64,000 nucleotides of DNA from the NCBI RefSeq assembly GCF_009914755.1, contig NC_060941.1. One strand, given 5' to 3'. The notes under the pieces were generated by a model. That model was not told where the DNA came from. It ran no database searches and was given only the letters and a program-made list of their open reading frames with translations. The stretch's first letter is position 1; every line of letters begins with the position of its first letter. This document shows, piece by piece, positions 30,694 through 45,884 of this stretch. This DNA is from the human T2T-CHM13v2.0 reference genome, Homo sapiens. The position numbers and the translations under genes are program-made.

Positions 30694-32462
30694 TTTGGTT
30701 CCATTGGTCTTTTATACCAGTACCATGCCGTTTTGGTAACTAGTATAATTTGAAGTCCAGTAATATGATGCCTCCAGATTTGTTCTTTTTGGTTAGGATC
30801 GCTTTGGCTATTCAGGCTCTTTTTTGGTTCCATATGAATTTTGGGATTGTTTTTTCTAATTCTGTGAAAAATGATGGTATTTGGATGGGAATTTCATTCA
30901 GCAGATTGTAGATTGCTTTGGGCAGTATGATCATTTTCACAATGTTGATTCTATGAGCATGGGATGTGTTTCCATTTGTTTGTGTCATCTATAATTTCAG
31001 CAGTGTTTTGTGGTTCTTCTTGTACAGATCTTTCACCTCCTTGGTTAAGTATATTCCTAGGTTTTTGTTTTTGTTTTTGTTTTGCAGCTGCTGTAAAAGG
31101 GATTGAGTTCTTGATTGATTCTCAGCTTCGTCGTTGTTGGTGTATAGCAGTGCTACTTCTTTGTGTACATTGATTTTGTAACCTGAGACTTGACTGTATT
31201 TGTTTATGAAATCTAAGAGTCTCATGGAAGAGTCTTTAGGATTTTCTAGGTATATGATCATATCATCTGCAAATAGAGATAGTATGACTTCCTCTTTTCC
31301 AATCCGGATACCCTTTATTTATTTCTCTTGCCTAATTGCTCTGGCTAGGAGTTTCAGAACTGTTGAATAGGATTGGTGAAAGTGGGCATCATTGTCTTGT
31401 TCCTGTTCTCATGGGGAATGTGTTCAACTTTTCCCCATTCAGTATTACGCTGGTTGTGGGTTTGTCATATATCCACATATATATTATTTTGAGGCAAGTT
31501 CTTTTATGCCTAGTTGTTAAGAGCTTTTATCATAAAGAGATGCTGAACTTTGTTGAATGCTCTTTCTGCATCTATTGAGATGATCATATGGTTTTTGTTT
31601 TTAATTCTGTTTATGCGATGTCACATTTATTGATTTATGTATCTATCAACTTATACAAAAAATCAACTCAAGATGTATCAAAGACTTATATATAAGACTT
31701 GAAACCATAAAAATTTCAGAAGACAATTTGGAAAACTCTTCTAGACTTCAGCCTAGGCGAAGAATCCATGACTAAGACCCCAAAAGCAAATGCAACAAAA
31801 ACAAAAATAAGTAAATGGGACCTAATTAAACTAAAAAGCTCTTTACAGCAAAAGAAATAATAATCAGAGTAAACAGACAACCCACAGAATGGGAGAAAAT
31901 ATTTGCAAACTACAGTCCAACAAAGGACTAGTATCCAGAATCTACAAGGAACTCAAACAAATCAGCAAGTAAAAAACAAGTAATCCTATCAGAAAGTGGG
32001 CAAAGGATATGAATAGACATTTCTCAAAAGAAGATATACAAATGGCCAAGAAACATGTGAAAAAAATACTCAACATCGCTAATCATTAGGGAAATGCAAA
32101 ATAAAACCACAATGAGAGACCACGTTACTCCTGCAAGAATGGCCATTATTAAAAAGTCAAGAAACAATAAATGTTGGCGTGGATGTGGGGAAAAGGGAAA
32201 GCTTATACACTACTGGTGGTAATGTAAATTAATACAACCTCTTTGGAAAATAGTATGGCTATTCCTTAAAGAACTAGAAATAGATCTACCGTTTAATTCA
32301 ACAATCCTACTACTGGGTATCTACCCAAAGGAAAAGAAGTCATTATATGGAAAAGACACACATGCATGTTTATAGCAGCACATTCACAGTTGCAAAGATG
32401 TGTAACCAATCTAAGTGCCCATTGACTAATGAGTGGATAAAGAAAATGTGACTGTATATATA

Positions 32463-32493
<31 letters not shown>

Positions 32494-32820
32494 GTGTATA
32501 TATATGTATATATATGTGTATATATATATATGTATATATATGTATACACACACACACACACATATATACATACACACACACACACACACACACCATGGAA
32601 TGAATGAAATAATGTCTTTTGCAACAACTTGGATGGAGCTGGAGGCCATTATTCTAAATGAAGTAACACAGGAGTGGAAAATCAAAAATCATATGTTTTC
32701 ACTCATGAGTGGGAGCTAAGCTATGGGTATGCAAAGGCATACAGAGTGGTATGGTAGACTTTAGAGACTCATAAGGGAAAGGTAGGGAGGGGGATTAATT
32801 TTTTTTAATAAAATAAAATT
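30694..32820 (+). mobile_element. 5'-inverted L1 (L1PB-like): antisense ORF2 segment about 30694-31640, then sense ORF2/3'UTR about 31641-32820
   Basis: Strand switch near 31640. ORF 30989..31261 (-) translates L1 RT-region MIIYLENPKDS...SGYKINV. The sense part ends in an A-rich tail. Confidence 0.85.
32452..32593. repeat. Compound (TG)/(TA)/(CA) microsatellite in the L1 3'UTR
   Basis: About 140 nt of alternating purine-pyrimidine. Confidence 0.92.
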
Positions 32821-32858
32821 AAAATATATGTATTTTACCTTATTTTTTAAAAGTGTCG

Positions 32859-33157
32859 TGGCTGGGCACAGTGGCTCACCCCTGTAATCTCAGCACATTA
32901 GGAGGCCAAGATGGGAAGATTATTTAAGGCCAGGAGTTTGAAACCAGCCTGGGCAACATCATGAGACCCTGTGTCTACCAAAAAAATAAATAAATAATAA
33001 GCAGGCGTGGTGGCATGAACCTGTAGTACCAGCTACTTAAGAGGCTAAAGATGGAGAATGACTTGAGCCCAAGAGTTCAAGGCTGCAGTGAACTGTGATC
33101 GTGCTACCCTACTCCAGTCTGAGCAACAAAGAGAGACACCATCTCTGGGGATAAAAA
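32859..33157 (+). mobile_element. Alu (AluJ-like)
   Basis: Diverged dimer. Confidence 0.85.
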
Positions 33158-33940
33158 ATGGCCATAATGATGAATATCACTTATCGTGCCTTTTTATGCT
33201 TGTGCTAAATAGTTGTGAAATACTGCTAAATTTTTGTAAAATAAGTTCCTAGAAGTGAATTTGCTTTGCAAAAGGTTGTGTTATACTTTCCATTTTAATA
33301 TATATTCTCAAATTGCTCTCCTGTAAGGCTATTTAGTTTACGCTTCTCTACACAATGTGCAAGATTATACACATTCCCAATACTGGATACATATTTGATC
33401 TTGTTCAGCCTAAGAGGAGAAAATGGCATTCCTTTTAATTCTTCATTGTAGATGAAAGTGAAGCACTTTTTATCAGTTTGTTAGTCATTTACATCTTTCT
33501 TCTGTGAATTACTAGTACAGTTGCTTTGCTTGCTTTTCTGTTTGCATGTTCTTCTTTTTTCCTCAAAATTTGTAACAGTTTTTTGTTTTGTGTTGTTTTT
33601 TATTTCTAAGAAAGCTCTGTGTTCCCATAATCAAGTCTGCAGAGATCCTGATGAGCAAAGCGGTCAGCCTGGCCTGAGAGCTCTGCTTCCCGCTCCCCAT
33701 AGTCAAGCGTTTTCAAGTCACCTTGCTGATTTTTTGGCATTTACCTCTACATTGCTAAATAGCATGCTTATCACTGCTGTTTCTAGTTTTTCATTTTAGA
33801 TGTTATATTTTGATCTCCTACTGTGAAAGATGAGGATTTCTTTTCAGCCCCCAGCCTCCGTGCTTCCTGTCTTTGCGTTCTCTCATTGTGGTTTTGTGTA
33901 CCTGGAGTTCACATTAAGATGCTGTGAGTGTCATTCATAG

Positions 33941-34454
<514 letters not shown>

Positions 34455-35189
34455 TGACCTCCTCCATCATGGCTGCCCTCTGTGCCTGGTGCACAGATTC
34501 CCTGTTAGTTCTTTGCCTCTCTCTTTTTTGATCTTCTGTGTCCTACATCCTATTCTTTTTCTTTTTTTTTCCTCCAGTATCTCCCTGAGAATGGGTTCAT
34601 AGAAGGTAAAATTTTATGGCCTTGCATCTTTGTTTTACCCTAATGCTTGATGGTTTCCTTGGGTATAACATTTTAGGTCAGCAACTATTTCCCTTTATAA
34701 TTTTGTGGGAATTGTTCCATTGTCTTCTATTTGCCAGTGTTGCAGCAAGAAGAAAATAATTCCAGTCCTTTGTGACTTTTTTCTCTCCAAAAGCTCATAG
34801 GAGGTTCAGGCTGTTGCCAGGATTCTAAACTTCCAGTGTGGTTTGCCTTGCTGTATAGCTTAAGGTCTTTTTCTTTCTTTCTTTCTTTTCTTTTTTCTTT
34901 TTTTTTTTTTTGTCATGCTAGTCACTCACTGCACCCTTTCAATACAGTAATTCATGTCTTTATTTTCTGGAATTATTTCATTGGTAATTTCTTCTACTCT
35001 GTTTTCTTTTTCTGGAACTCCCTTTACCCTGGTCCCCTAATTATCATATTTTTTTCTCCTGTTTTTCTATCTCTTTGCCTTATAGTTTTGTTTTCTGGGA
35101 TTAAACTTGAGGCTTCCCTAAGTTTAATCTTCCAAATTCTATTAAATGCTTCATTTCTGCTATCTTTTTTTTGTTTTTGCATCACTTCA

Positions 35190-35565
35190 GTTTTCTTACT
35201 TTAATTGTGGCAAAATACGTATAACATAAAATTTACCATCTGAACCATTTTTAAGTGTACAGTTCAGTATTGTTGAGTATATTCACATTGTTGTGTAACC
35301 AATCTCCAGAACTTTTTCATTTTGCAAAACTGAAACTGTTACCCATTAAATACTGACCTGCCATTCCCCTTGTCCCCCAGCCACCATTCTACTTTGTATC
35401 ACTATGAATTTGACTACTCTAGGTACCTCATGTAAGTGAAATCATATAGTATTTGTCCTTTTTGTCTGGCTTATTTCACTTAGCATAATGACCTCAAGGT
35501 TCATCCACATTATAGCATGTCAGAATTTCATTTCTTTTTAAGGCTGAATAAAATTCCATCATATA
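35190..35565 (-). mobile_element. L1MB-like 3' end
   Basis: ATAACATAAAATTTACCATC...TTTTAAGTGTACAGTTCAG motif. Confidence 0.8.
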
Positions 35566-37598
35566 TGTTTGCTATCATATATTTAACTTCTAGGATTTTT
35601 TTGTTCCCTCAGTTTTTTATAGCATCCTGTTCTTGTTTTCTAGATGTAATGTCACATACGAATTTCGCTGAAGATTGTAGGTTGATTCTATCACCAAATC
35701 TCCCTACCTGGGTTGTTTCCTACAGTTCCTTTGTTCCACTGGTATCTTTAGTTCTCTATCTTTATGCTTGAGGTTTGACTGCTCATGTTTAGGTGGAGGC
35801 TCTGCAAAGCTGACCCCTGCCTGGGCCTGTGTATGCGGCCTGCAACTATGGTCTTCATAGTAGAGAGCTGTTCCCGTGGCATGTCCATGACAAGCTCCTG
35901 ATGTCAGTGTCTTTAGGTCCTTCCTCTTGGGCTCATCCATTCCCCAGAGAAGGGCCTTCCAGTCTCCTGCTTGAGGGCTTAGACTTGGCAGCCAGGATTA
36001 TGGGATCAGTCAGAGAAGAGGCCTGGGGGTGGAGAATGACTATCTCAGCCCTCACCTTGTAAATTCGTTTAATTCCCTTGTTTTCAGTGTATCACTTGTG
36101 CCTCAACTGCTCAATATCCACCTGGTCCAGAGGCTTCATTTTATACTCTGGTGTGCAGGGAAGAGAGAGTGTCTGGAGCTTTGGCTGCTCTGTGAACACA
36201 TCTCTAACCCAGTCCTCCTGTTTTTAACCACCTTCATCCCCCGACCTGAAGCACCTCTTGCCACAAATTTCCTGAGCCTTTGGGGGATTTTGTACCATAG
36301 TCAGGTCTTTGCCCTTCCCCACTGCTGGCTTGGGATTTAGTTTGCTTAGGTCTGTTATGTTAGTTATTTCTTGTCCATCAACTTTTCAGCTGCCAAGTTT
36401 TATTTTCTTTCCTGTTTTCTTTTTCGTTGTCAGTTAATGCTTTTGGGGGAAAAAAAGAAATTCCTTTCTGTGGTTTCGTGGGGCTTCACAATGGAATGAG
36501 ACTGTGAGTGCATGCGTTTCATTGCTATCTGCCTGGAGGCCTCAGAGCGCTTTATTCGTTTCTCCTGAAGGATATTAATCATATCTGTCACAGAGGTTCC
36601 AGATACCCTTTGTGTGTGTGTGTGTGTATACACACACACACACACATTATATAAATACACATACTCCTTTGTTCTGGATGGCCATTTATTTCAGCATCAC
36701 TTATTTCATCATCTCTCTTGAACTACCTGATAGTCCTAGGTATGAATGGGAACTGAGTGGTGTCTGGACTTGCTGTTCCCTTCTGTGGCTCTGTGGGTCT
36801 GGTCCTCTGCCACAGGTTGCTGCTGAGCAGAGAAATGAGAGCATGATCTGAATGCGGCACAACATCCTGGGTCCCAGCCAGGGCCCTGTGAGTGTCAGCC
36901 AGTGCTGTGATATGCATTGTCGTCATGATTTTTATGCCCTGGCATTTTTCATTATTTCATTATACTTGTTGGTGTTCCAGATAAATTACTACAAATAATT
37001 TTATTTCTTCTTTCCAATATTTATACCTCTTGTACTTTTTTGGGTTTATTGCATTCATGACAGTCTGAAACAACTAATACTTATTAATGCTGGACATTCT
37101 TGTTTTATTTTCCATTAATAGCAATATCTTTAAGATTTTTGTATTGTTTTCTGATGAATAGTTTATCAATTAAGGGAAGCTTACATCTGTTTTGAATTTA
37201 CTGAGTTTTTTTAAATCCAGAAATAGATAAGAATTATAGCAAATTCCTTTTTGGCAGTTAATGAGCTATTCATATGGTTTCTTTTTAAACTTATTTATGT
37301 AATTAATAACATAAATAGATTTTCTAGTAGGAAAAAATTCTTACATATCTGGGGGCAAAATTCCAATTTGGTTATGGTGTATTACTGTTGTGGGAAATCT
37401 CTACTTGATTATGGTTAATATTTAATATGAAGCATATTATTTTTTATAACCCTTATTGATGAAGAGACATTTGGCTTGTGGTTGCTTGCTTTAAGTATAA
37501 ATAAAGTTTTGTGTTAATAAGGCCTGATTTTTTTAGTTACGATGTTAGTGAGCTCTAAAATCCTGTATCATCTTTTTATATAGTCAAAAATGCAATAA

Positions 37599-38266
<668 letters not shown>

Positions 38267-39441
38267 CAAAGATGTTTTATACTCTGGGTATAAGACTCTG
38301 ACTCTCAAATCTGACAAACGAAAACTTGAAGCTTTAAAAAAAAAAGAAATGGTTGGAAGTTGGGAAACTTCTCATTTAAAAGTTCCAGACAATTTTTGTG
38401 TTCTCTAACAGTGAAGACTGAAGTTTTCCCTGGGACTGATACCCTTGTTTTGGTGAAAGTCTTCTGAAAGGACCTGTTAGTTGTGCAGAAGTAAGGCTAG
38501 GCCTCCTCCTGTTCTCGGGGCTCAGGGTGTGAGTGGTCTGAGGCCCGCCATCGACCCCGGTGCCTCAGTGGCAGATCGAGTGTCTCTCATCCCCTGTGGC
38601 CACTTGATCTGCTGAATTCTGAGTCAGATGTGTTGAAGTCTCTTCCTCTGAACTGTGGTTTGTGTAAAAAGCTTTGATTTCTAAGAGATTATGTCAAACC
38701 ATACATAAAGGTTTCTAGCCCTATCTTCTTGGTGGTGGCTTTTACCTTTAATTTTAGTTAGTCCTTTTAATCTTGAAGTATACATTTTGCAATACCAATA
38801 TTACTGTTTCCATCTATGTTTTGAGGTTAGAAATCAGAGTTGGAGGCAGGGTCTGGGCCCAGGTGCTCTTGCCAGGGCTGCTTTCTAGGTTAGAATGGAG
38901 GAAGAGCCTTGGGCAAGGGCCAAGACCACTGGCCACTGTCGCCAGGGGAGCACTCAAAAGACAGGGCTGTGCCTGGGAGCAAGAGGGACTCCAAAGACCC
39001 AGAGCAGATCTGGAGCACTGCGAGTTGGAGGAGTTGGGGTCGGACGGCAGCCTACAAGGGTGAGGGTGGCGAGAAAGCAGGGTGAACAGAGAAGGACAGA
39101 TGTGGCCCGCTCAGGGATCCACACCAGCGTTTTGTGGCATCTGATGCCTAGTCACCAGCACGCATGGGATCTTGCCTGGATTTGTGAGCTGACGCTTCTG
39201 CAACACTGAGCCTAGCAGCGCCAGGGTTCCCCTGGACAGAAACAACCACATGGCCAAGCAGAACTACTTAGCAGCTATTTAAAGGGATAACTGGAAACCC
39301 TTCATCCTAATTGGGCAAGATTGCTTACCAGCTTGCGAAGTAGGGCATATGCTTAAAGTACTTTTTAAACATTTTTTTAAATGATGCTGCTAAATGAAAA
39401 CACTTCTGATTTCACAGGGAGGATCTGTTTTTGCCAAATGA

Positions 39442-39829
<388 letters not shown>

Positions 39830-40668
39830 TCTTTATTTATTTTTTATTGTAAAATACACATAACAAGAATTTATCATTTTAACTGTTTTAAGTGTACAGT
39901 TCAGAGGCATGAAGCACGTTCACATGGTTGTGCAGTCATCACTACTTTCTATTTCCAAAATGTTTTCATCATCCCAAACTGAGCTCTGTATGCTTTAAAC
40001 AATGGGGAGGGAGCTTCCTATTCCCGGTCTTCAACCCCTAACCACCATTTTGCTTTGTCTCTGAATTTACCCATTCTGGGCACCTCATAGACGTGGACTC
40101 ACACCGCATGTGCCCTTTGATGAGGGGCTGATTTCACTCAGCACAGCTTCCTTAGGCCCATCTGTGTTGGGGCGTGTGTCAGCCACGCTGCTTCTGCATC
40201 CATCTGTCCACCTTCTTCTCTCCGTAGCCCCTACCCCATCCTAGTTCAGGAGTTGTGGTTTTCCTTGTGTCTTCCAGAAACACAGCTGGGAGACCGCCTA
40301 CCACTATGGCTTGAAAACCTGTACTGACTCTGTAGCCAGCGGAGTTAGACCCATAATCCTGGCCTGTGTGGAAAGACTGGCTTTTTCTAATAGGAGTACT
40401 TAGATGTTTTATTTATCCTCCCTTTTCTCAGAGGCATGGAACGCAGCTCCCCTCCCTGCCCTCACTACCACCTACCTGAAATACGGGAAGATTAGGTCCT
40501 TCGTGTCCTTAAGGAAAAGGGGAGAGTGTTTTGGTTGCCAGCAATGTGGGCTCCAGGCCATCATCAAGGCAACTCATCAAGGTTGTAGAATTAGAGGCAA
40601 GAGGATAACAGAGGCAGAGGATAAGAGCGGAGGCTCCAGTGGGCTGTGGAGGGAGAGCAGAGGCCAGC

Positions 40669-40682
40669 ATGCCCCCTGGAGG
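40669..40682 (-). promoter_or_regulatory. Candidate CTCF motif CCTCCAGGGGGCAT
   Basis: Close match to the CTCF core consensus in non-repeat sequence; motif only. Confidence 0.3.
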
Positions 40683-40860
40683 TGGTGGCCGGTGGCTGAG
40701 AGGAGCATCTAGGAAGACCGGAAACTCAGCCACCCTGCAGGCTAAGGGCCCACATTGTGCCTCTTCTGACCTGCCAAATTCCTGTGAAATGTGGGAGAAA
40801 GTGAGGGGACTCACAAGGTGGGCTTTTAGAGACTGCACTGGACTCCAGTTAAAGGTTCTT

Positions 40861-41018
40861 GGCCGGGCACAGTGGCTCATGTCTGTAATCCCAACGCTTT
40901 GGAAAGTTGAGACAGAAGGATTGCTTGAGCCCAGAAGTTCAAGGCTGCAGTGAGTCATGATCATGCCACTGCACTACTGCCTCGGTGACAGAGTGAGACC
41001 CTGTCTCTAAAACAAAAG
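40861..41018 (+). mobile_element. Alu monomer (FRAM/FAM-like)
   Basis: Single arm; TSD AAAGGTTCTT. Confidence 0.82.
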
Positions 41019-42680
41019 AAAGGTTCTTACCATGAGTTAGCCTCATTTTCTGGCTTTCCAGCGTCATTTGAAGGAAGTATCTATATCAAAACTGCCCATT
41101 TACACTTTTTTCCATATAAATAGAAATACTAGATGTCATGCCAGCTTTAGGAAGGAAAAACAGGATTTTCAAAATAAAATATTGTCAGAACGTAATCCTC
41201 CTGGAGACTGAGGGTGATTTAAGTTTCTTTGTCGTCTTTCCTCCCGTGGGCCGTTTGTCTCAGGTTTGACTCAGTAGGTCAAATATGCCAGCAGCTGGTG
41301 CTGCAGCATGACACCACCCAACACCAAAGCCATCATGTCACCATTCAGAAAAAGGAGGCCTTGATATTTGCTGCTGTTCCCTCTCCGTCCCCCAGGACAG
41401 CATGTGAGCCTATTTAGATAATTACAGTCCCAAGTGAATCTGCACTGAGCATTTTTTTCCATTCCCTTACTCATGAAATATCGTCCATTTGGGAAAGAGA
41501 AGTAATTTCACCACAAGACACTTATGATTTTAGAGGCTGAATTCAGCCTTTCTAAGGATAAGAGGTTAACAGGGGGCTGAAGTTTACTTTTCTAGTATAA
41601 ACTAAACTTAATCTTGGAACAAAATTCCTTAGAACTAATTCTTTAATTATTACATATTATTTTCTTAGTAAGCACATCCAAAAATATAGAAGTGCTGTTT
41701 CCTTTAAAAAAAATTTCTCTTACTAAAAATATTCTCTTTGGAGCGCTAGAACATTATAATGTGAACAAAATCATGTTTTCTAAAACTGTGTATTAACTTA
41801 TGACTTAATGTCTCTCCACATAGGCCAGGAATATGGGTCTAACTCCACTGGCTACAGAGTTGCAAAGGGTTTTCAAGCCATGGTGGCAGGTGGTCTCTCA
41901 GCCAGAACTGTGGTTCTGGAGGAGAGGAGGAAACCCACAACTCCTGAATTATGATGGGGATTGGGGTATTCAGAGAAGAAGGTGGATGGGTAGATGCAGA
42001 AGCATCATGGCTGACATGCACCACAACATGGATGGGCCTGTGCTGAGTAAAAAGAAGCCCGTCATCAAAGGGCACATGCCGTATGGTAGAGGGACACAGT
42101 CACACGTGTGTTGTTGGGAGGCAGAGTCTAAGGTGGAAGAACCTCTTTGAGGGCAATTTGGCAGAGTCCGTCAAAATGAATTCCACCTGTGTGTAGAGAC
42201 ATGCTTAGGAGGATAATTATTGCAGTAGTGTTTGTGATAACAAGACTAGAAACACCCTAAATGCCTGCTGTCTCCATCCATGTGATGAACCTGCATGTGT
42301 CATCAGAGAGTGAAGTAGGCAGTGGTGACGGAATTAAAGCTAGCAGTGATGAAATATTTACCATGTGAACGACATTGTCTAAGTGCATTTGGTCTTGACC
42401 ACAATCCCATGAGTCAGGCATTTTATATCCAGTTTACGAATATGAAACCAAAGCATCAAGAGGCTCCATGACTGCTCAGAGTCACACTCTAGTAAGGGTC
42501 AGAGCTGGGACTGAACTCCTGCTGTTGGGCCCAGCATCCAGTCCCTTGGCCTCCACACTGAAACTGTTCCTCCAGATGTCATGAAGGACCTAGCTCTGTA
42601 TATCTTGGTAAGGGAGCAGAACTTGCCGTCATCTGCATAAAAGAGGGGAACTATGCATGCATGTTTGCATAAGTGCAGGG

Positions 42681-43773
42681 CAGCGCTGTCCTGTAGAACC
42701 TTCTGTGATGATGGGAATGTTCTAGATCTGTGCTGGCTGAACCTTAGCCACAGGTGGCTGCTGGGCACTTAAAAGGTGGCTAATGTGACTAAGAAATTGA
42801 ATTTTAATTTTAAAATTTATTAAATTTTTTTTCTTCAACTTTTAACTTCTGGGGTACACGTTCAGGATGTGTAGGTTTGTTACATAGGTAAACATGTGCC
42901 ATGGTGGTTTGCTGCACAGATCAACAAATCACCCATCTTAATTCTTATTAAGAATAAGCCCAGCATCCATTAGCTATTCTTCCTGGTGCTCTCACTCCCT
43001 CCACGCCCCCATACAGGCCCCAGTATGTGTTGTTCCCGCACATGTGTCCATGTGTTCGCATCATTCAACTCCCACTTATAAGTGAGAAAATGCAGTGTTT
43101 GGTTTTCTCTTCCTGTATTAGTTTGCTGAGGATAATGGCTTCCAGCTTCATCCATGTCTCTGCAAAGGATGTGATCTCGTTCCTTTTTATGGCTGCATAG
43201 AATTCCATGGTGTATATGTACCGTATTCTCTTTATTCAGTCTATCATTGATGGGCATTTGGGCTGATTCTGTGTCTTTGCTCTTATGACTAGTGCTGCAG
43301 TGAACATATGCATGCCTGTATCTTTGTGATAGAATGATTTATGTTCTTTTGGGTATATGCCCAGAAATGAGATTGCTGGGTCAAATGGTATTTCTGCTTC
43401 TAGGTCTTTGAGGAATTGCCACACTGTGTTCCACAATGATTGAACAAATTTACACTCCGACCAGCAGTGTAAAAGCATTCCTTTTACTCCACAAACTTGC
43501 CAGCATCCATTGTTTCTTGACTTTTTAATAATCGCCATTCTGACTGGTGTGAGATGGTATCTCATTTTGGTTTTTATTTGCATTTCTCTAATAAGTGATG
43601 TTGAGCTTTTTTTCATATGTTTCTCCGCCACGTGAATGTCTTCTTTTCCAGAAGTGTCTGTTCATGTACTTTGCCCGCTTTTTAAAGGGGTTGTTTTCTT
43701 CTTGTAAATTTGTTTAAGATTTTAACATTTAAATAGCCACGTGTGGCTGCTGGCTGTTCTTTGGGGCAATGCA
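42681..43773. mobile_element. MER3-like hAT MITE split by an antisense L1PA 3' fragment (about 42825-43720)
   Basis: CAGCGCTGTCC..AGAACCTTCTGTGATGATGG left half and AAATAGCCACGTGTGGC right half. ORF 43236..43631 (-) is L1 ORF2 C-terminus-like. Confidence 0.8.
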
Positions 43774-43858
43774 AGGTCAAACATAGACAGAAGGTTGTAA
43801 AATAAAGGATCACTGGATTTTGTGGTTTGCAAACCCTACCTTTAAAAAAGCTTCTGCA

Positions 43859-44206
<348 letters not shown>

Positions 44207-44407
44207 TTATTTCAGAACCACTAACTTAATCTAGCCACTTCATCTGAGAGATGAGAAAACTAAAGGCAGAAAAGTTGAGTCATTTTCCTGAAGTCACACT
44301 GAGTTGCTTTAATGAGAGAAGGAGGAGCTGGTCACAGTTTGGGTTGGTTTGTTACTCTTTAGAGCAGTGGACATTTAGGTTAGCCAGGGGCTTCATTCAA
44401 TTTGATG

Positions 44408-44610
44408 TCAGCTCAGTTCTTAGCGTGGCCAGTTGGTTCCTGGAAACTGCAGCTTTGGGTGAAACCATATACCATAAGCCATGGGAACTCAACTGTGGCT
44501 CATATCAGTTAACCTACAGTGAAACTGGTTTCGTCACACAGCACATCACCATTTCACTTAACATCACAGTGTCCAAGAACCTCTCAGTGCCATTAAGTGA
44601 GGACTTATTA
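44408..44610. mobile_element. Tigger-family (MER82-like) MITE relic
   Basis: Degenerate terminal inverted repeats: GGTTCCTGGAAACTGC..TTT..GTGAAAC vs TTTCACTTAA..CACAGTGTCCAAGAACC..TTAAGTGAGGACTTA. Confidence 0.55.
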
Positions 44611-44673
44611 GAAAGAAAGAACCAGACTTTTGTCTCCCAGGCTCCCTGAACTCCATGAGGAATCTTGTAGTAT

Positions 44674-44712
<39 letters not shown>

Positions 44713-45200
44713 TTTTTTGTATTTTGTGCCTTATATGGCTTTCTTTCCCCAGGATTATAATCTTAGTTCTTCTTTATTTTCTTTTTATAATGTTGTAATT
44801 TTGGTTTTTAAGCTTAGCCATCTGGAACTCATCTCTAGGAAACAAGCAGCATGGGACTAATCCCTGAGAGAAGGGAAACTCCTGCAGTGATGGCCAGCTC
44901 ACCAGTTCTCTGTCTGGGAACAATATCCGCCTCCCAGTGCACGGAGCTGGCCTCTGAGCAGAGCACAGCAGCCCCACTGGCTAAGAAGGTGGTGATGAGA
45001 GAGGGTAGCCGAAGCAGCCCATTTTACGGAATGGGGCATCAGAAAGGAGGATGCTATGAAGAGAGGGGACCCAGGAGCCTATGTGCAGGTCTCCACAAGC
45101 CCATGCCCAAGGGCTGTGCTCTCCATGTGCAGCACGAGGCCACTCAAGGTTTACCAGATAGCCTGAGATTGGAACAGAGGTACTAAAATTGGATATCTGT

Positions 45201-45510
45201 GGCTGGATGCAGTGGCTCACGCCTGTAATCCCAGCACTTTGGGAGGCCAAGGCAGGCAGATCCCCTGAGGTCAGGAGTTCAAGACCAGCCTGGCCAACAT
45301 GGTGAAACCCCATCTCTACTAAAAATTAAAAATTAGCCGGGCGTGGTGGCGGGTGCCTGTAGTCCCAGCTACTCAGGAGGCTGAGGCAGGAGAATCGCTT
45401 GAACCTGGGAGGTAGAGGTTTCAGTGAGCTGAGATTGCACCACCTGCACTCCAGCCTGGGTGACAGAGTGAGACTCTGTCTCAAAATAGATAAATAAATA
45501 ATAAATAAAT
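45201..45510 (+). mobile_element. Alu
   Basis: Full dimer with (TAAA)n tail. Confidence 0.9.
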
Positions 45511-45884
45511 ATGCCTGTCCCAGGCAAGGACTGAACACTGAATGCACAGCAGGGAAGGAGCACAGGCTGCATTTGCTGAGATTTCACATGAACCCACTTA
45601 TGTGTGCGTTTGCTTTGTATTCTCTCTCACCAGACCTTTAATGTAAGTGTAGTCCTCCCTGGGCTCTTATTGCACATGCTGAGCTTCAGGGAGGAATGAG
45701 CTGCTTTTATCCTCTGTGATCTGTAAACTGTTACATTTTCCCAAAAACTCAAACTGATTCCACAGCTGTAATAATAAAGACCTATTGGGAAAACCTCAGA
45801 GAGATCCTGGGAATGAGGCTGTTTAGATCGCCATCAGCCTGAGACAGCTGGTTCCTGCAAGAATGAATGTACAGCACTTTCTCT

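Noticed and set aside
38412-38490. Possible cassette exon (CTAACAG ... GAA|GTAAGG)
   Set aside because: No SPECC1 similarity, and such site pairs are common by chance; needs RNA evidence.
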